Shown here one piece after another: positions 52,998-62,872 of a stretch of 64,000 nt of DNA. The DNA is from an uncultured delta proteobacterium. GTDB taxonomy: Bacteria > Desulfobacterota > Desulfobacteria > Desulfobacterales > SG8-13. The notes under the pieces were generated by a model. It saw nothing but the letters and a program-made list of their open reading frames with translations, was not told the origin of the DNA and did not search any database. The translations under genes were made by a program, and so were the position numbers. Location of the stretch: contig CAWKCK010000017.1 in assembly GCA_963848135.1 (NCBI GenBank), positions 434,001 to 498,000 of the forward strand, given 5' to 3'. Positions within the stretch are counted from its first letter, which is position 1. Every line of letters begins with the position of its first letter.

Positions 52998-53636
52998 ATG
53001 CCACACGAACCAACAAAACCTTACATCAACGTCGATTTTTTTGAAGATCTGACCGGCTCGATTCCAGAAGCGACCAAGGAAGGCGTCGAGGAAATCGGTC
53101 GACGGATAAAATCGTTACGGAATGAAAAAGGCATGAGCCTCGACGAGTTATCCAAAATGACCGGCTTCGAGGTGGAAATGCTGCAAAAAATCGAGAAAGA
53201 TGAAATTCAACCCCAACTTGGCACGGTAATCAAGCTCTCGAAGGCTCTCGACGCCGCGTTCGGACGCATCGTATCCGGTGTGGGTGATCGCCTCTATTCG
53301 ATCACGCGAAATAGCGAGCGTAAGGTCGTTGCGCGTTCCACTTCCCACAAAGGTCAACGCCGGGCCTACACCTATATGAGCCTGGCTCCGGAAGTCAAGG
53401 GGCGCCACATGGAAGCCCTGTTTGTTCAACTCGAAGAGGATCCGGAAAAAGAAATATCCGTTCATGAAGGAGAAGAATTTATTTTTGTACTGGACGGTAC
53501 AGTGAATATGAAAATCGGGCGGGACGAATTCGAATTGGAGGCAGGAGACAGCGTCTATTATCTTTCCACAACCCCGCACCACATTTCAGCTAAAAGGGGC
53601 AAAGCCACCATTCTGGCAGTGCTCTACGAAGGTTAG
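52998..53636 (+). CDS. XRE-family HTH regulator with cupin domain
   Basis: IGRRIKSLR..MSLDELS HTH; HEGEEFIFVLDG..GDSVYY..PH cupin; RBS AAGGAG. Confidence 0.93.
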   Translation: MPHEPTKPYINVDFFEDLTGSIPEATKEGVEEIGRRIKSLRNEKGMSLDELSKMTGFEVEMLQKIEKDEIQPQLGTVIKLSKALDAAFGRIVSGVGDRLYSITRNSERKVVARSTSHKGQRRAYTYMSLAPEVKGRHMEALFVQLEEDPEKEISVHEGEEFIFVLDGTVNMKIGRDEFELEAGDSVYYLSTTPHHISAKRGKATILAVLYEG

Positions 53637-54171
53637 CCTGTTTTCACATTTTCCTGTCAAGGTAAATAAGTGGGTGCCCGTCGGTCGATACGCTATAGAT
53701 CGCCCCTCTCCACGGGTCAAACTGCCCATGGATCATATCGCATATAAATAGTCCAATTTACGAAACATTGTTTGGCTCAACGCTAATTGTAACCCAGTGG
53801 ATTGTTAGCGTTCTGGATAGAGAATAGCCGGTTGTTTTAATTTTATATGTAGAAGAAACTGGCGATTCTTTTGAAGCTAAGCACCAATAAATTAGCACCA
53901 CCCAACCTCACTTATCAGCTCGCCCAATAATAGTGGTTGTAATAAAAAGCTCCATATTTCGGAAATTGTTTTTTAAAAAACGAAATTTTCGAATCGGAGG
54001 CATGGTTTCTCGACTGCAAGTCTCCGTTTGCTGCCCAAAAGTATTCTTACCCTTTTACCCCATCTAATATCGCTCTCTTATAAAAAATACAAGTTATCTA
54101 TTGACCAATCTATCAAGACGCCGAGCTATTTTGTCTCGTTGCGAATCTATTTTTACCAAAGATAAAAAATT

Positions 54172-54407
54172 GTTCTGGACATTCCTCTCGTCTAATTGTA
54201 TAGTACAAATAAGAATACCTGTAACAATTAACATAACGCACCATGCCTTTAAATTGAATAACCACGAATGAATAATATGCTACTCAGTATTTAAGAATGT
54301 AGTTGAATCTGCGAGAATTCCCCTGAAGACTCTGCCGGAGTAATAACTGGGCAAGGGCAAAAATAACTGAAAAAGTTCTGGACATTCCTCGGCGTTCTCG
54401 GTATATT
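54172..54407 (+). promoter_or_regulatory. Two direct-repeat sigma70-like promoters upstream of the DUF4338 gene
   Basis: GTTCTGGACATTCCTC at 54172 and 54375; TGGACA-17-TATAGT and TGGACA-17-TATATT. Confidence 0.6.
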
Positions 54408-54439
54408 AACAATAAATTCCTCTATCTATTAATATTAAT

Positions 54440-55330
54440 ATGCAATCTATAGCTTCCGAAATATTTTGCGGCAATATTGTCAGCCAAGACCAACTTGCTG
54501 ATATTAAGAGAATTGTCACAACATTTCCAAATCTCAGCCGTACTGAACTGGCAAATACCATCTGCGAGTTATTTTCCTGGAAACGACCAACAGGTAAATT
54601 AAAAACTATTGAATGCCGCCAATTCCTCGAGCGCCTGGAAGCCAGGGGCACAATTCAATTACCGGCCTGCCAGCTGCAATATGCCCGGCGGACAAACATA
54701 AAAATAATCTGGACCGATAATTCTAATAAGCGAGAAATCCTCTCCAAAAATATTGGTGAATTGACTCCGGTCTTTCTGACTAAAGTCAATGCCCCTTATC
54801 AAAGACAGCTTTGGTACGAATACGTGGATCGATATCATTATCTTGGATATCGACCACCTTTTGGGGCCAACCTGCGTTATTTTATTCATTCCGGGAATCA
54901 TCCAGATAGATTGGGGTGTTTACAATTTTCCAGTCCAGCGTGGAGGATGGCCCCGCGAGATAAATGGATAGGTTGGAGTGATGAGGGGCGAAAGCGCAAC
55001 CTGCAAAAAATCGTAAACAACAGCCGGTTCCTCCTTTTCCCTTGGGTTCAGGTTAAAAATCTTGCCAGTTCGGTCCTTGCAGCGGCCACCAAAAAAGTTC
55101 CTGGTGATTGGTTCGAATGCTACGGCTATCAACCGGTTTTGATGGAAACGCTTGTGGACCAGAACCAGTTCAAGGGCACGTGCTACAAAGCCGCCAATTG
55201 GATTTATGTCGGACAAACCACCGGCCGAGGTCGGATGGACCGTCAAAACAAACGCAAGGGCGTGGCCGTCAAAAATATTTATGTGTATCCGCTATCGAAA
55301 AAATTTCGGCAAGAGCTGACGCCTTCATAG
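54440..55330 (+). CDS. DUF4338 family protein (DruA-like; often transposase-associated)
   Basis: SRTELA..ICELFSW, YHYLGY, RDKWIGW, NNSRFLLFPWV.VKNLAS, ETLVD..F.GTCYKAANWIYVGQTTGRGR. Confidence 0.88.
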   Translation: MQSIASEIFCGNIVSQDQLADIKRIVTTFPNLSRTELANTICELFSWKRPTGKLKTIECRQFLERLEARGTIQLPACQLQYARRTNIKIIWTDNSNKREILSKNIGELTPVFLTKVNAPYQRQLWYEYVDRYHYLGYRPPFGANLRYFIHSGNHPDRLGCLQFSSPAWRMAPRDKWIGWSDEGRKRNLQKIVNNSRFLLFPWVQVKNLASSVLAAATKKVPGDWFECYGYQPVLMETLVDQNQFKGTCYKAANWIYVGQTTGRGRMDRQNKRKGVAVKNIYVYPLSKKFRQELTPS

Positions 55331-55593
55331 ATGGATCAACACAATTATTTCGTTACCAACTTTCATTCCAGGAAAACCAACTCAGCCGAGAGATTTTTGC
55401 TGAAAAGCACATGATAGATTGATTCCGTTACTTTTGAAATAGAGATATTACAAACAGGCAGGAAAACTACTGGTTGTAATCGAAGGAGCGGAGCTGTGTG
55501 AAAATAGTGGATGTTTTAAAAATATTCGAGAATAAAACCACGAAGTAGAGAGAAGGATAATTCAACCTTTTTATACTTTGGTGATCGCTCTAA

Positions 55594-57018
55594 ATGACTA
55601 TTGTCAGGATCTCCGTTTACCTTATCATCGCAACGATACCCATTCTTTTTGCATCGGTTCAACCATGGGTATGGTCTTTTTACGCCTTTTGCATGATTGC
55701 CGTATTTATTATCTTTCTCTGGCACGATCGTGCCACTTCGGATGTTTTTTCGCCGGTCTCCGGTATCAAGTGGGCTGTCGGATCATTTTTTACCATTTCC
55801 TTCTTCCTGTGCCTGCCGTTACCACCTGTCTTGATTTCATTTGTCAGCCCTGTGCGGTTTCAAAAAATTTCGACAGCTTGGAACCTGACTGACGGACATC
55901 CCGCTTGGGGGTCGATCAGTTATTTACCGCGGAATGCCCTCAGCTGGTGGGTGTTCTTGCTCGGCTTACTACTTTTTTATGTCGTGCTGCAAAAACTTTT
56001 TAAAAACAGAAAAACCCTAAAGGCGGTTGTTTTCATCATGATCTGTATCGGCCTGCTGGAGTCAATATATGGTTTGATTCAAGCGCTATCACCTAACTTG
56101 GGTGTGCTTTGGGTAGATTATATTGAGGGATACATGGGAACTGCCCGCGGCACGTTTATTAATCGGAACAACTTTGCCGGTTTTATCAACATGATCTGGC
56201 CGTTGGCTCTGGGTATAACACTTGAAATGAACGGTAAGGTGGAATCAGTAAAAGCAATTCTCAACTCTGACAGGTTGAACCGGCAGGCGCTAATGGCATT
56301 GGGAATCATCGTTTTTCTGCTGGCTTTGATTTTAACCAGCTCGCGGGCCGGCATCACTAGTGGAATGGTCGGCTGTATGACATTCCTGATGATAACGCAA
56401 ACAAAAAAAAACAGAGTACAGACCCGAATCTTGCTGGTCGGCATTATCACTTTGTCTTGCGTCTACAGCATTTCTATCGGTATTGGCCCGATTATGGAAC
56501 GTTTTATTGCTGTCGTTTCCGAGGGTGACTTTCGGATGCTTGTTTGGAGTGACAGTTTGTCGATCATAAAGGACCATCCTCTGGGTATCGGACTGCGGAA
56601 TTATGAAACCGTATTCAGTGTTTATAATCAATCCTTTGTTTCAGACAAGACGGTTACATACGCCCACAATGACTATTTACAACTCCTAATTGAAACGGGT
56701 TGGGTCGGATTTGGAACCTTGATTGGGGGATTTATCTTTTTCCTTGTAAAGAATTTCCGGCGTATCAGAAGGCTTGATTCAAGGTATGATTCGAAACGAT
56801 TTTACTTTGCCGTTGGTGCCTTCAGCGGTATAATTTCAATGGTATGTCACAGTTTTTTCGATTTCAATCTGCAAATCCCCGCAAACTGCCTGTATTTTGT
56901 AACACTCCTCGCCGTTTTGTCCTCCTGCACCGAACACGCCACATACCATGAACGTTTGCCAGCCAAAAATAATAAACGGACCTCGTATCCTTTTAACGGT
57001 TCTATTTTTCCGGCATGA
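55594..57018 (+). CDS. O-antigen ligase family protein (WaaL/O-OTase-like)
   Basis: Many TM helices; ARGTFINRNNFAG, TSSRAG, HPLGIG, AHNDYLQ..ETG, FDFNLQIPAN. Confidence 0.9.
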   Translation: MTIVRISVYLIIATIPILFASVQPWVWSFYAFCMIAVFIIFLWHDRATSDVFSPVSGIKWAVGSFFTISFFLCLPLPPVLISFVSPVRFQKISTAWNLTDGHPAWGSISYLPRNALSWWVFLLGLLLFYVVLQKLFKNRKTLKAVVFIMICIGLLESIYGLIQALSPNLGVLWVDYIEGYMGTARGTFINRNNFAGFINMIWPLALGITLEMNGKVESVKAILNSDRLNRQALMALGIIVFLLALILTSSRAGITSGMVGCMTFLMITQTKKNRVQTRILLVGIITLSCVYSISIGIGPIMERFIAVVSEGDFRMLVWSDSLSIIKDHPLGIGLRNYETVFSVYNQSFVSDKTVTYAHNDYLQLLIETGWVGFGTLIGGFIFFLVKNFRRIRRLDSRYDSKRFYFAVGAFSGIISMVCHSFFDFNLQIPANCLYFVTLLAVLSSCTEHATYHERLPAKNNKRTSYPFNGSIFPA

Positions 57019-57032
57019 AAACTAAATTATAA

Positions 57033-58352
57033 ATGATCAATTTTAACAGACATATTTTTCGGACGCTGTTGACCGTTGTTTTGTTGTCGTTGGGGGGATG
57101 GACGTTTTTTTCTAACTGGCTACAACAACACACAGTGCGTTTCGATACACGCGCTTATTCGGAAGAAGATGTCAATCATTTAAAAAACTACCCGAAAATC
57201 CAGTATATGTTTGGATTGGAAGCATGGACGCGGCAAGATACGGTATCAGCTGCTAGGTTTTTCAGAAACGCCGTTTCCAATGACGTTTTATTTATTGACG
57301 GCTGGCTCCGTTTGGCCGAATCCGAGGCGGCTATGGGACACATCGAAAAGGCAAAAGGCATTCTATCCTTTACAATTGATAACACCCGAGATGTCTACCG
57401 TTGGAAGTGGCCACAGATGCTTTTAGCGCGAGAGCTCGGCATGGAGAAGGTCTTATACGGCCATGCGAATTATCTATTGTCCTGCGGCCTTCTGAGACAG
57501 GATACGTTACAATTTTTGCACACCCAGTTAAATGGAAATGCTTCGGCTGTCGTGTCCGTTCTTTATCAGGCGAACTGGGATTCATATCTCGAATGGTTGA
57601 TGAGCTGGTCAATGTTAGAAGAAAGCCTGACCGTTTGGGAGGCCATAAAAAAAGGCGCGACGCCGGAAAAGGAAACTGCACTGAGGTATGCCAATTTTCT
57701 TTTGCACAAGAAACACATCCCGGAATCCAAAAGAATCTGGCAGGAATACACTGGAACAACTAGTATAACGAATCCCGGTTTTGAGACTGAATATACCGAA
57801 AGGGGATTCGATTGGCGTTTTTGGAAGGAAAAGGAAGGTATTTGTGAGGTCATGCGGGTTAACCGTGAGGCTCGGGAAGGCGATTATGCCTTGAAAATTC
57901 AATTTTATGGGCGCGAGAACTCAAACTTTTATCACTTTTATCAGATATTCACAGCCGACTCATTGGCCACATATCGTCTTTCGTATGCCTGGAAAAGTCA
58001 GGGTATTACAACTGACGAAGGCCCTTTCATCGAAATTATCGGATACGACAAAGAAGGGCTATATGCGGCCGGTCCGAAAATCGCCGGTACTCAGCCATGG
58101 CGTGAGGTCTCCCTTGAATTTGAAATGCCGGCCGGGTGCCGGGCAGGTATTGTTCGTCTGCGCCGACAGCCCAGTCACCGTTTCGACTCCAAGATTAGAG
58201 GTACCGTGTGGTTGGATGATTTTCAGCTGGAAAAGATTGGGGACGATTCACAGCAGTTTTACCGTGAGATGAGCGCAGCGCAGTATCAAAAGGGAGTTTC
58301 GCAAGGCAAAAATCTTTACCATTCCAAGAGGTCAATTGATGGACAAAAATAA
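57033..58352 (+). CDS. Membrane-anchored TPR-like protein with C-terminal carbohydrate-binding-like domain
   Basis: N-terminal TM; helical repeats; ITNPGFE..GFDW..GTVWLDD beta-sandwich signature. Confidence 0.7.
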   Translation: MINFNRHIFRTLLTVVLLSLGGWTFFSNWLQQHTVRFDTRAYSEEDVNHLKNYPKIQYMFGLEAWTRQDTVSAARFFRNAVSNDVLFIDGWLRLAESEAAMGHIEKAKGILSFTIDNTRDVYRWKWPQMLLARELGMEKVLYGHANYLLSCGLLRQDTLQFLHTQLNGNASAVVSVLYQANWDSYLEWLMSWSMLEESLTVWEAIKKGATPEKETALRYANFLLHKKHIPESKRIWQEYTGTTSITNPGFETEYTERGFDWRFWKEKEGICEVMRVNREAREGDYALKIQFYGRENSNFYHFYQIFTADSLATYRLSYAWKSQGITTDEGPFIEIIGYDKEGLYAAGPKIAGTQPWREVSLEFEMPAGCRAGIVRLRRQPSHRFDSKIRGTVWLDDFQLEKIGDDSQQFYREMSAAQYQKGVSQGKNLYHSKRSIDGQK

Positions 58353-60642
58353 CTCGGCCGAAAAAGACGATTCGAAAAAGAAAATTTTACCGGCCATGAC
58401 CGGTGCCAATCTTCCTGTCACAGAGGGCCAAAAATACCGCTACGAATACGAAAAAGAAGAAGAGATCCAGCTGCGGGACTATTTGGATGTCATCATGCGC
58501 AGAAAGTGGATGATCATGGCAGTCCTCGCCCTGACGTTTCTCTCCACGCTTGTTTTCACCTTAGCCTCGACCAAAATCTATGAAGCCTCGGCCGTTATCG
58601 AGGTGAACCAGGAGACGCCTCAGGTGACAAAGTTCGAGGAGGTTCTTGGATCGAAAGTCCATGCCCGTGAATTTTACGAAACCCAGGTGGAATTGATCCG
58701 CAGCAGGGCGATGATCAACCGGATCATCGACAAACTCGATTTAACAAACCATCCGGTGATCGTCGAAACGCTCTTCGGCAACGGCCGATACCGATTGGTC
58801 AATCGAATCAAAAAATTATTTGAATTTTTGAAGCCGGGCATCGAAAAGAGGTTAAAAGATTCGACGGTATCCGATGATTTCGTTAAGCACCAAAAGGTTG
58901 TTAGGTACGTCGCGGAGCACCTCTCTGCGACCCCGAGCCGCAAATCGATGTTGATAGATGTCGGCTTTCGATCACCGGAGCGTCAGCTATCCCTAAATGT
59001 CGTTAATACTCTGGTTGAAGATTTCATCAACTGGAAAATGGAGCAGAAGCTTGAGGATTCAGATATTGCCCGGGATTTCCTCATGATTCAGATCGACCGG
59101 GCCAAGATAAACCTGGAGAAGGCCGAGGAGCAGATGAACCACTTCGCCAAGCAGGCCGGCATCGTGTCACTGGATGCGAGGATGAACAGCATTTACCGCC
59201 ACCTGGAAGAGTTGAATTCGGTCATTGCCGCTGCCGAGGCCGACATGATCGCCAAGAAAGCCGCTTATCAACAAGCCTTTAAAAACGGACATGCCAACTT
59301 ACCTAGAATTTTGGAAAGTGATCTGATTGCAAAACTGAAGGAAATGTATGCCGAACTCAGTTCCAACTACGAAGATTTGAAAACCACATTTCACGACGAT
59401 TATCCTAAGGCAAAAGCTTTGAAAGCTCGCCTCGACAGTGTTGCCGCACGGATCAAAGCGGAAGAAAACGGCATTGTTATGACCATAAAAAATGAGTACG
59501 AATCCGCTCAGGAAATTGTCAGTGCCATGGAAAAGCGCATCGAGCGTCAGAAACAGATGGTCCTGGACTTGAACGACCGAGCCACCCAATATTCGATAAT
59601 GGCCCGCGAGGTGGACACCAACAAGGTCATTTACCAGAGTCTTCTGCAGCGGGCCAAGGAAATCGAGTCTATGACAGGAGTCTCCTCCAGCAACATACAT
59701 ATCGTCAACCGTGCCGAACTGCCGCTTTTGCCGGTCAAACCGGACATCAAACTCAACCTGTTGCTGTCAATTGTAATCGGTCTGCTTGGCGGCATCGGAT
59801 GTGCCTTCCTGGCTGAATACTTCGCCGATGCGGTTACAAATCCCAGCGAAATTTCAGAAAGATTTCAAATCCCCTTGCTGGGAACCATCCCCCACTCAAA
59901 ACCCGACGAACACGGCCTCGAGAATTCGTTTCTGCGCCATCCGTGGGCTCCCTTTTCAGAGGCCGTCCGTTCATCGCGTGTAGCAGTCCAGCTATCCGGA
60001 ACCGGCAGCCATTCAAAATGTGTTCTCATTACCAGCACTCTGCCCAGCGAAGGCAAAACGACCCTGGCGGTGAATCTGGCCCTGAGCTTTGCCACTGCTG
60101 GGGAAAAGACGGTGCTCATCGACGTCGATCTCAGGAAACCGCGGCTTCATGAAATTTTCGACCTGAAGCATCGAGTTAACGGCAACGGACTTTCGAATTT
60201 TCTGGCCGATATAACCGATAAACTCAAGAGTTTCGACCAATATCACGAAAACCTCAAAATCATCGCTTCGGGACCGGTACCACCCAATCCGGCTGAATTA
60301 CTGGCGTCAAAGAGATTTAAGGGGTTGCTTGAAGATTTGTTAAACTCGCATGACCGGATTATTCTCGATGGACCACCACACATCGGCTTTGCTGACACTC
60401 TGATACTTTCGCGCTGTGTCGGGGGCATCGTGCTGGTGAGCAGTATCGGGGAGACCAGCCGCGAGGCGATCCGACAGTTTAAAAAGTCAATCACAAATGT
60501 CAACGGTACCATCTTGGGCTGTATCGCCAATAAGGTAGACTTCAGTGGTAAATACGGCTATGGCGGGTATTACAGATCTTATCAGAAATACAGTAGGTAC
60601 GGCCTTGAAAAGTCTATCTCAGATCAGATGCCGGTCAGTTGA
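58339..60642 (+). CDS. Polysaccharide co-polymerase / tyrosine autokinase (Wzc/GumC family)
   Basis: Two TM helices flanking a coiled coil; Walker A STLPSEGKTT, IDVDLRKP, PPNPAELL, LDGPP; Tyr cluster KYGYGGYYRSYQKYSRYG. Confidence 0.93.
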   Translation: MDKNNSAEKDDSKKKILPAMTGANLPVTEGQKYRYEYEKEEEIQLRDYLDVIMRRKWMIMAVLALTFLSTLVFTLASTKIYEASAVIEVNQETPQVTKFEEVLGSKVHAREFYETQVELIRSRAMINRIIDKLDLTNHPVIVETLFGNGRYRLVNRIKKLFEFLKPGIEKRLKDSTVSDDFVKHQKVVRYVAEHLSATPSRKSMLIDVGFRSPERQLSLNVVNTLVEDFINWKMEQKLEDSDIARDFLMIQIDRAKINLEKAEEQMNHFAKQAGIVSLDARMNSIYRHLEELNSVIAAAEADMIAKKAAYQQAFKNGHANLPRILESDLIAKLKEMYAELSSNYEDLKTTFHDDYPKAKALKARLDSVAARIKAEENGIVMTIKNEYESAQEIVSAMEKRIERQKQMVLDLNDRATQYSIMAREVDTNKVIYQSLLQRAKEIESMTGVSSSNIHIVNRAELPLLPVKPDIKLNLLLSIVIGLLGGIGCAFLAEYFADAVTNPSEISERFQIPLLGTIPHSKPDEHGLENSFLRHPWAPFSEAVRSSRVAVQLSGTGSHSKCVLITSTLPSEGKTTLAVNLALSFATAGEKTVLIDVDLRKPRLHEIFDLKHRVNGNGLSNFLADITDKLKSFDQYHENLKIIASGPVPPNPAELLASKRFKGLLEDLLNSHDRIILDGPPHIGFADTLILSRCVGGIVLVSSIGETSREAIRQFKKSITNVNGTILGCIANKVDFSGKYGYGGYYRSYQKYSRYGLEKSISDQMPVS

Positions 60643-60708
60643 TGGTCGTCTGGTCGAATTGAGGTTGTAAAATTTACCGGTATAATAACGATAAGGGAGG
60701 GTCAAGCA

Positions 60709-61479
60709 ATGCATCATTATAAAAACAGAATCGGATTTAATGCACTCGTGCTGCTCATCACAGCCACCATGGTAAATCCGAGTGAAGCATTCGGATCCGG
60801 TTCCGACAGGATTTTTCCAACAGATAAAGTATCCATTTATAATGGTGGCCAAAAAATAGGGGTTTATACCAGGGAAGCGCCGCTTCCGGAAGGGGCTACA
60901 CTATCGACTGATGGAAGGTGTGCGGTGAAATTTGGTGACCTGTTTCTGGTGGCCGAAGATCAAAGTATATTTTCAGCCAATACTGCAGGCCGACAAAGGA
61001 GTCTTTTTGTAAGAGAGGGCATCCTCTATTTCAAGACATCCACGATGAGACAACCGTTTAACCTTATGACACCTGACGGTCAAATCACCGTACAACGTAT
61101 CCGTCTCGATGCATCCTTCAATGATCAATCAATTATCGGTTATGTGACCGTCGACAAAGGTCATAGTGAGTTGGGCGTCGTCCAAGGGGGATCACTCGAT
61201 ATCTTGACCGAAAACGGCCATAAGACGATTAAATCCGGTGAGAAAATCCTTCTTTCTCAGGCCGATATGGATATCGGGGCGCCGGAAAGTGAGCCACCCG
61301 AGGGTGAGGTACCGGCCGAGGAACCAACACCAGACCAGAAAAAAGGGATGTCTACGATGACGAAAGGGTTAATTGCGGCCGGGGTTGGCGTAGTTGCCAT
61401 TGGAGCTTTGGTCGGCCTCGGTGGTGGTGGTGGAGGTGGCGGTGGCGGCGGTGGTTCTGTCAGCCCGTCATCGCCATAA
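60709..61479 (+). CDS. Exported protein with acidic Pro-rich linker, C-terminal TM helix and Gly12-SVSPSSP tail
   Basis: Signal peptide; FecR-like beta region; EPPEGEVPAEEPTP; LIAAGVGVVAIGALVGL then Gly12; RBS GGGAGG. Confidence 0.8.
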   Translation: MHHYKNRIGFNALVLLITATMVNPSEAFGSGSDRIFPTDKVSIYNGGQKIGVYTREAPLPEGATLSTDGRCAVKFGDLFLVAEDQSIFSANTAGRQRSLFVREGILYFKTSTMRQPFNLMTPDGQITVQRIRLDASFNDQSIIGYVTVDKGHSELGVVQGGSLDILTENGHKTIKSGEKILLSQADMDIGAPESEPPEGEVPAEEPTPDQKKGMSTMTKGLIAAGVGVVAIGALVGLGGGGGGGGGGGGSVSPSSP

Positions 61480-61630
61480 TAGAGGACTTGGGAATAATGA
61501 AGCGTCATCATCGGAATTTACAATTATTGGAAGAAATACCAAAGGAGTGCCTCCAGTGCAATCGCCAATTGTAAAACTTACAAAGGTATTGAAAAATGTT
61601 TTAAATACCGTAGAGACAAGGCAAAATTCG

Positions 61631-62731
61631 ATGAAAAGGCACTATTTGTGTCTGACGAATGATCACTTTGATGAGAACCCTAACGCCATATGCCCAAGAG
61701 CAACGGTTTTTCCACAACCTTTTAAAGTTAAAGCATCCATTGAGGCTATTGTCCAAAGGGTACCTTTCAAGTACCAACCGTTTATACTGGCTACGCTGGC
61801 TGCGTTTATTGTGGCTTGTGGCTCTCCGAACAGTCAAAGTCCTATTAATCTTTATCCGAGGTCTAACGAAATTAAAGAAATGAATGAAAAGATTCTCGCC
61901 CAGTCCCAAATAGGTAGCGATTTGGGGGAAATGCTCATTGGTGAGGGCGACCTGCTTCAGATCAGCGTTTTTGAGGCCAAGGAACTCGATAAAACCGTTC
62001 GGGTCAACTCGCGGGGTTTTATCAGTCTTCCCTTAGTGGGCGAGGTCCATATAAGCGGCTTGACGGCCATAGAAGCCGAAGAAAAAATCGAAGAGATGTA
62101 CAAAACACGCTTCATCAAAGATCCACATGTCAGTATTTTCGTGGAGGAGCAAATTAGCCAGCGCATCACCCTGGTTGGCCAATTCAAGAACCCCGGCACC
62201 TACGATTATCTTTCGAACCAGAGGCTGCTCGACGCCATCGCACTAGGTGGCGGATTGAGTGAGAAAGCTGCCCAGGTGGTGCAGGTACGCAGGACACGCT
62301 ATGTTCAGGGAGAACCAACCACTTTTGTGGTTGACCTGGACCGCCTGGTAAAAGAAGGCAGAATCGAGTCGAATATCAGGGTGAACGGCGGAGATGTTTT
62401 ATTTGTACCCGAAGCCGGTGTATTTTTCGTTGACGGAGCTGTGAAGCGACCCGGTGCCTATCCAATCAAACACCAAACAGTCGTTCAGGAAGGCATCGTC
62501 GAGGCAGGGGGGTTCGAGTCTTTCGCAAAAAAGGATATTATTAGGCTGGTGCGCATCACGGAAACCGGGGAGAGGAAGATTATCGAGCTCGACTTAAATG
62601 AAACGGATTCCAGGAAAATGGTGTTGAAAGATCGGGATATTCTTATTGTTGGAGAGGGTGTCCTGGGCGGATTGGGTAGAGGTTTCAGCATTTCCGTTCT
62701 CGGTACTGGGTTCGCTTATTGGGGGAGATAG
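61631..62731 (+). CDS. Polysaccharide export lipoprotein (Wza/SLBB family); start uncertain
   Basis: IGEGDLLQISVF, G.ISLPLVG, two SLBB repeats (GQFKNPGTY, GAVKRPGAY); lipobox-like IVAC. Confidence 0.9.
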   Translation: MKRHYLCLTNDHFDENPNAICPRATVFPQPFKVKASIEAIVQRVPFKYQPFILATLAAFIVACGSPNSQSPINLYPRSNEIKEMNEKILAQSQIGSDLGEMLIGEGDLLQISVFEAKELDKTVRVNSRGFISLPLVGEVHISGLTAIEAEEKIEEMYKTRFIKDPHVSIFVEEQISQRITLVGQFKNPGTYDYLSNQRLLDAIALGGGLSEKAAQVVQVRRTRYVQGEPTTFVVDLDRLVKEGRIESNIRVNGGDVLFVPEAGVFFVDGAVKRPGAYPIKHQTVVQEGIVEAGGFESFAKKDIIRLVRITETGERKIIELDLNETDSRKMVLKDRDILIVGEGVLGGLGRGFSISVLGTGFAYWGR

Positions 62732-62872
62732 TCACAGGGCTTTTTCATAGCGCAAATTTATCTATACTGCCAAAATGGATATTTTTTGTGGGAATCCATA
62801 AGGGTTTTGCTTAATAATATACCAAAATTTTCAAGCCGGTGCAGTCAAGTCATGCTGGCAGCTTAAGGATGC

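Noticed and set aside
54440..55330. Complete Druantia system or intact IS element
   Set aside because: No DruE helicase, other dru genes, transposase or terminal inverted repeats seen nearby
55331..55414. 27-codon ORF directly after DUF4338
   Set aside because: No RBS or recognisable similarity; too short to support
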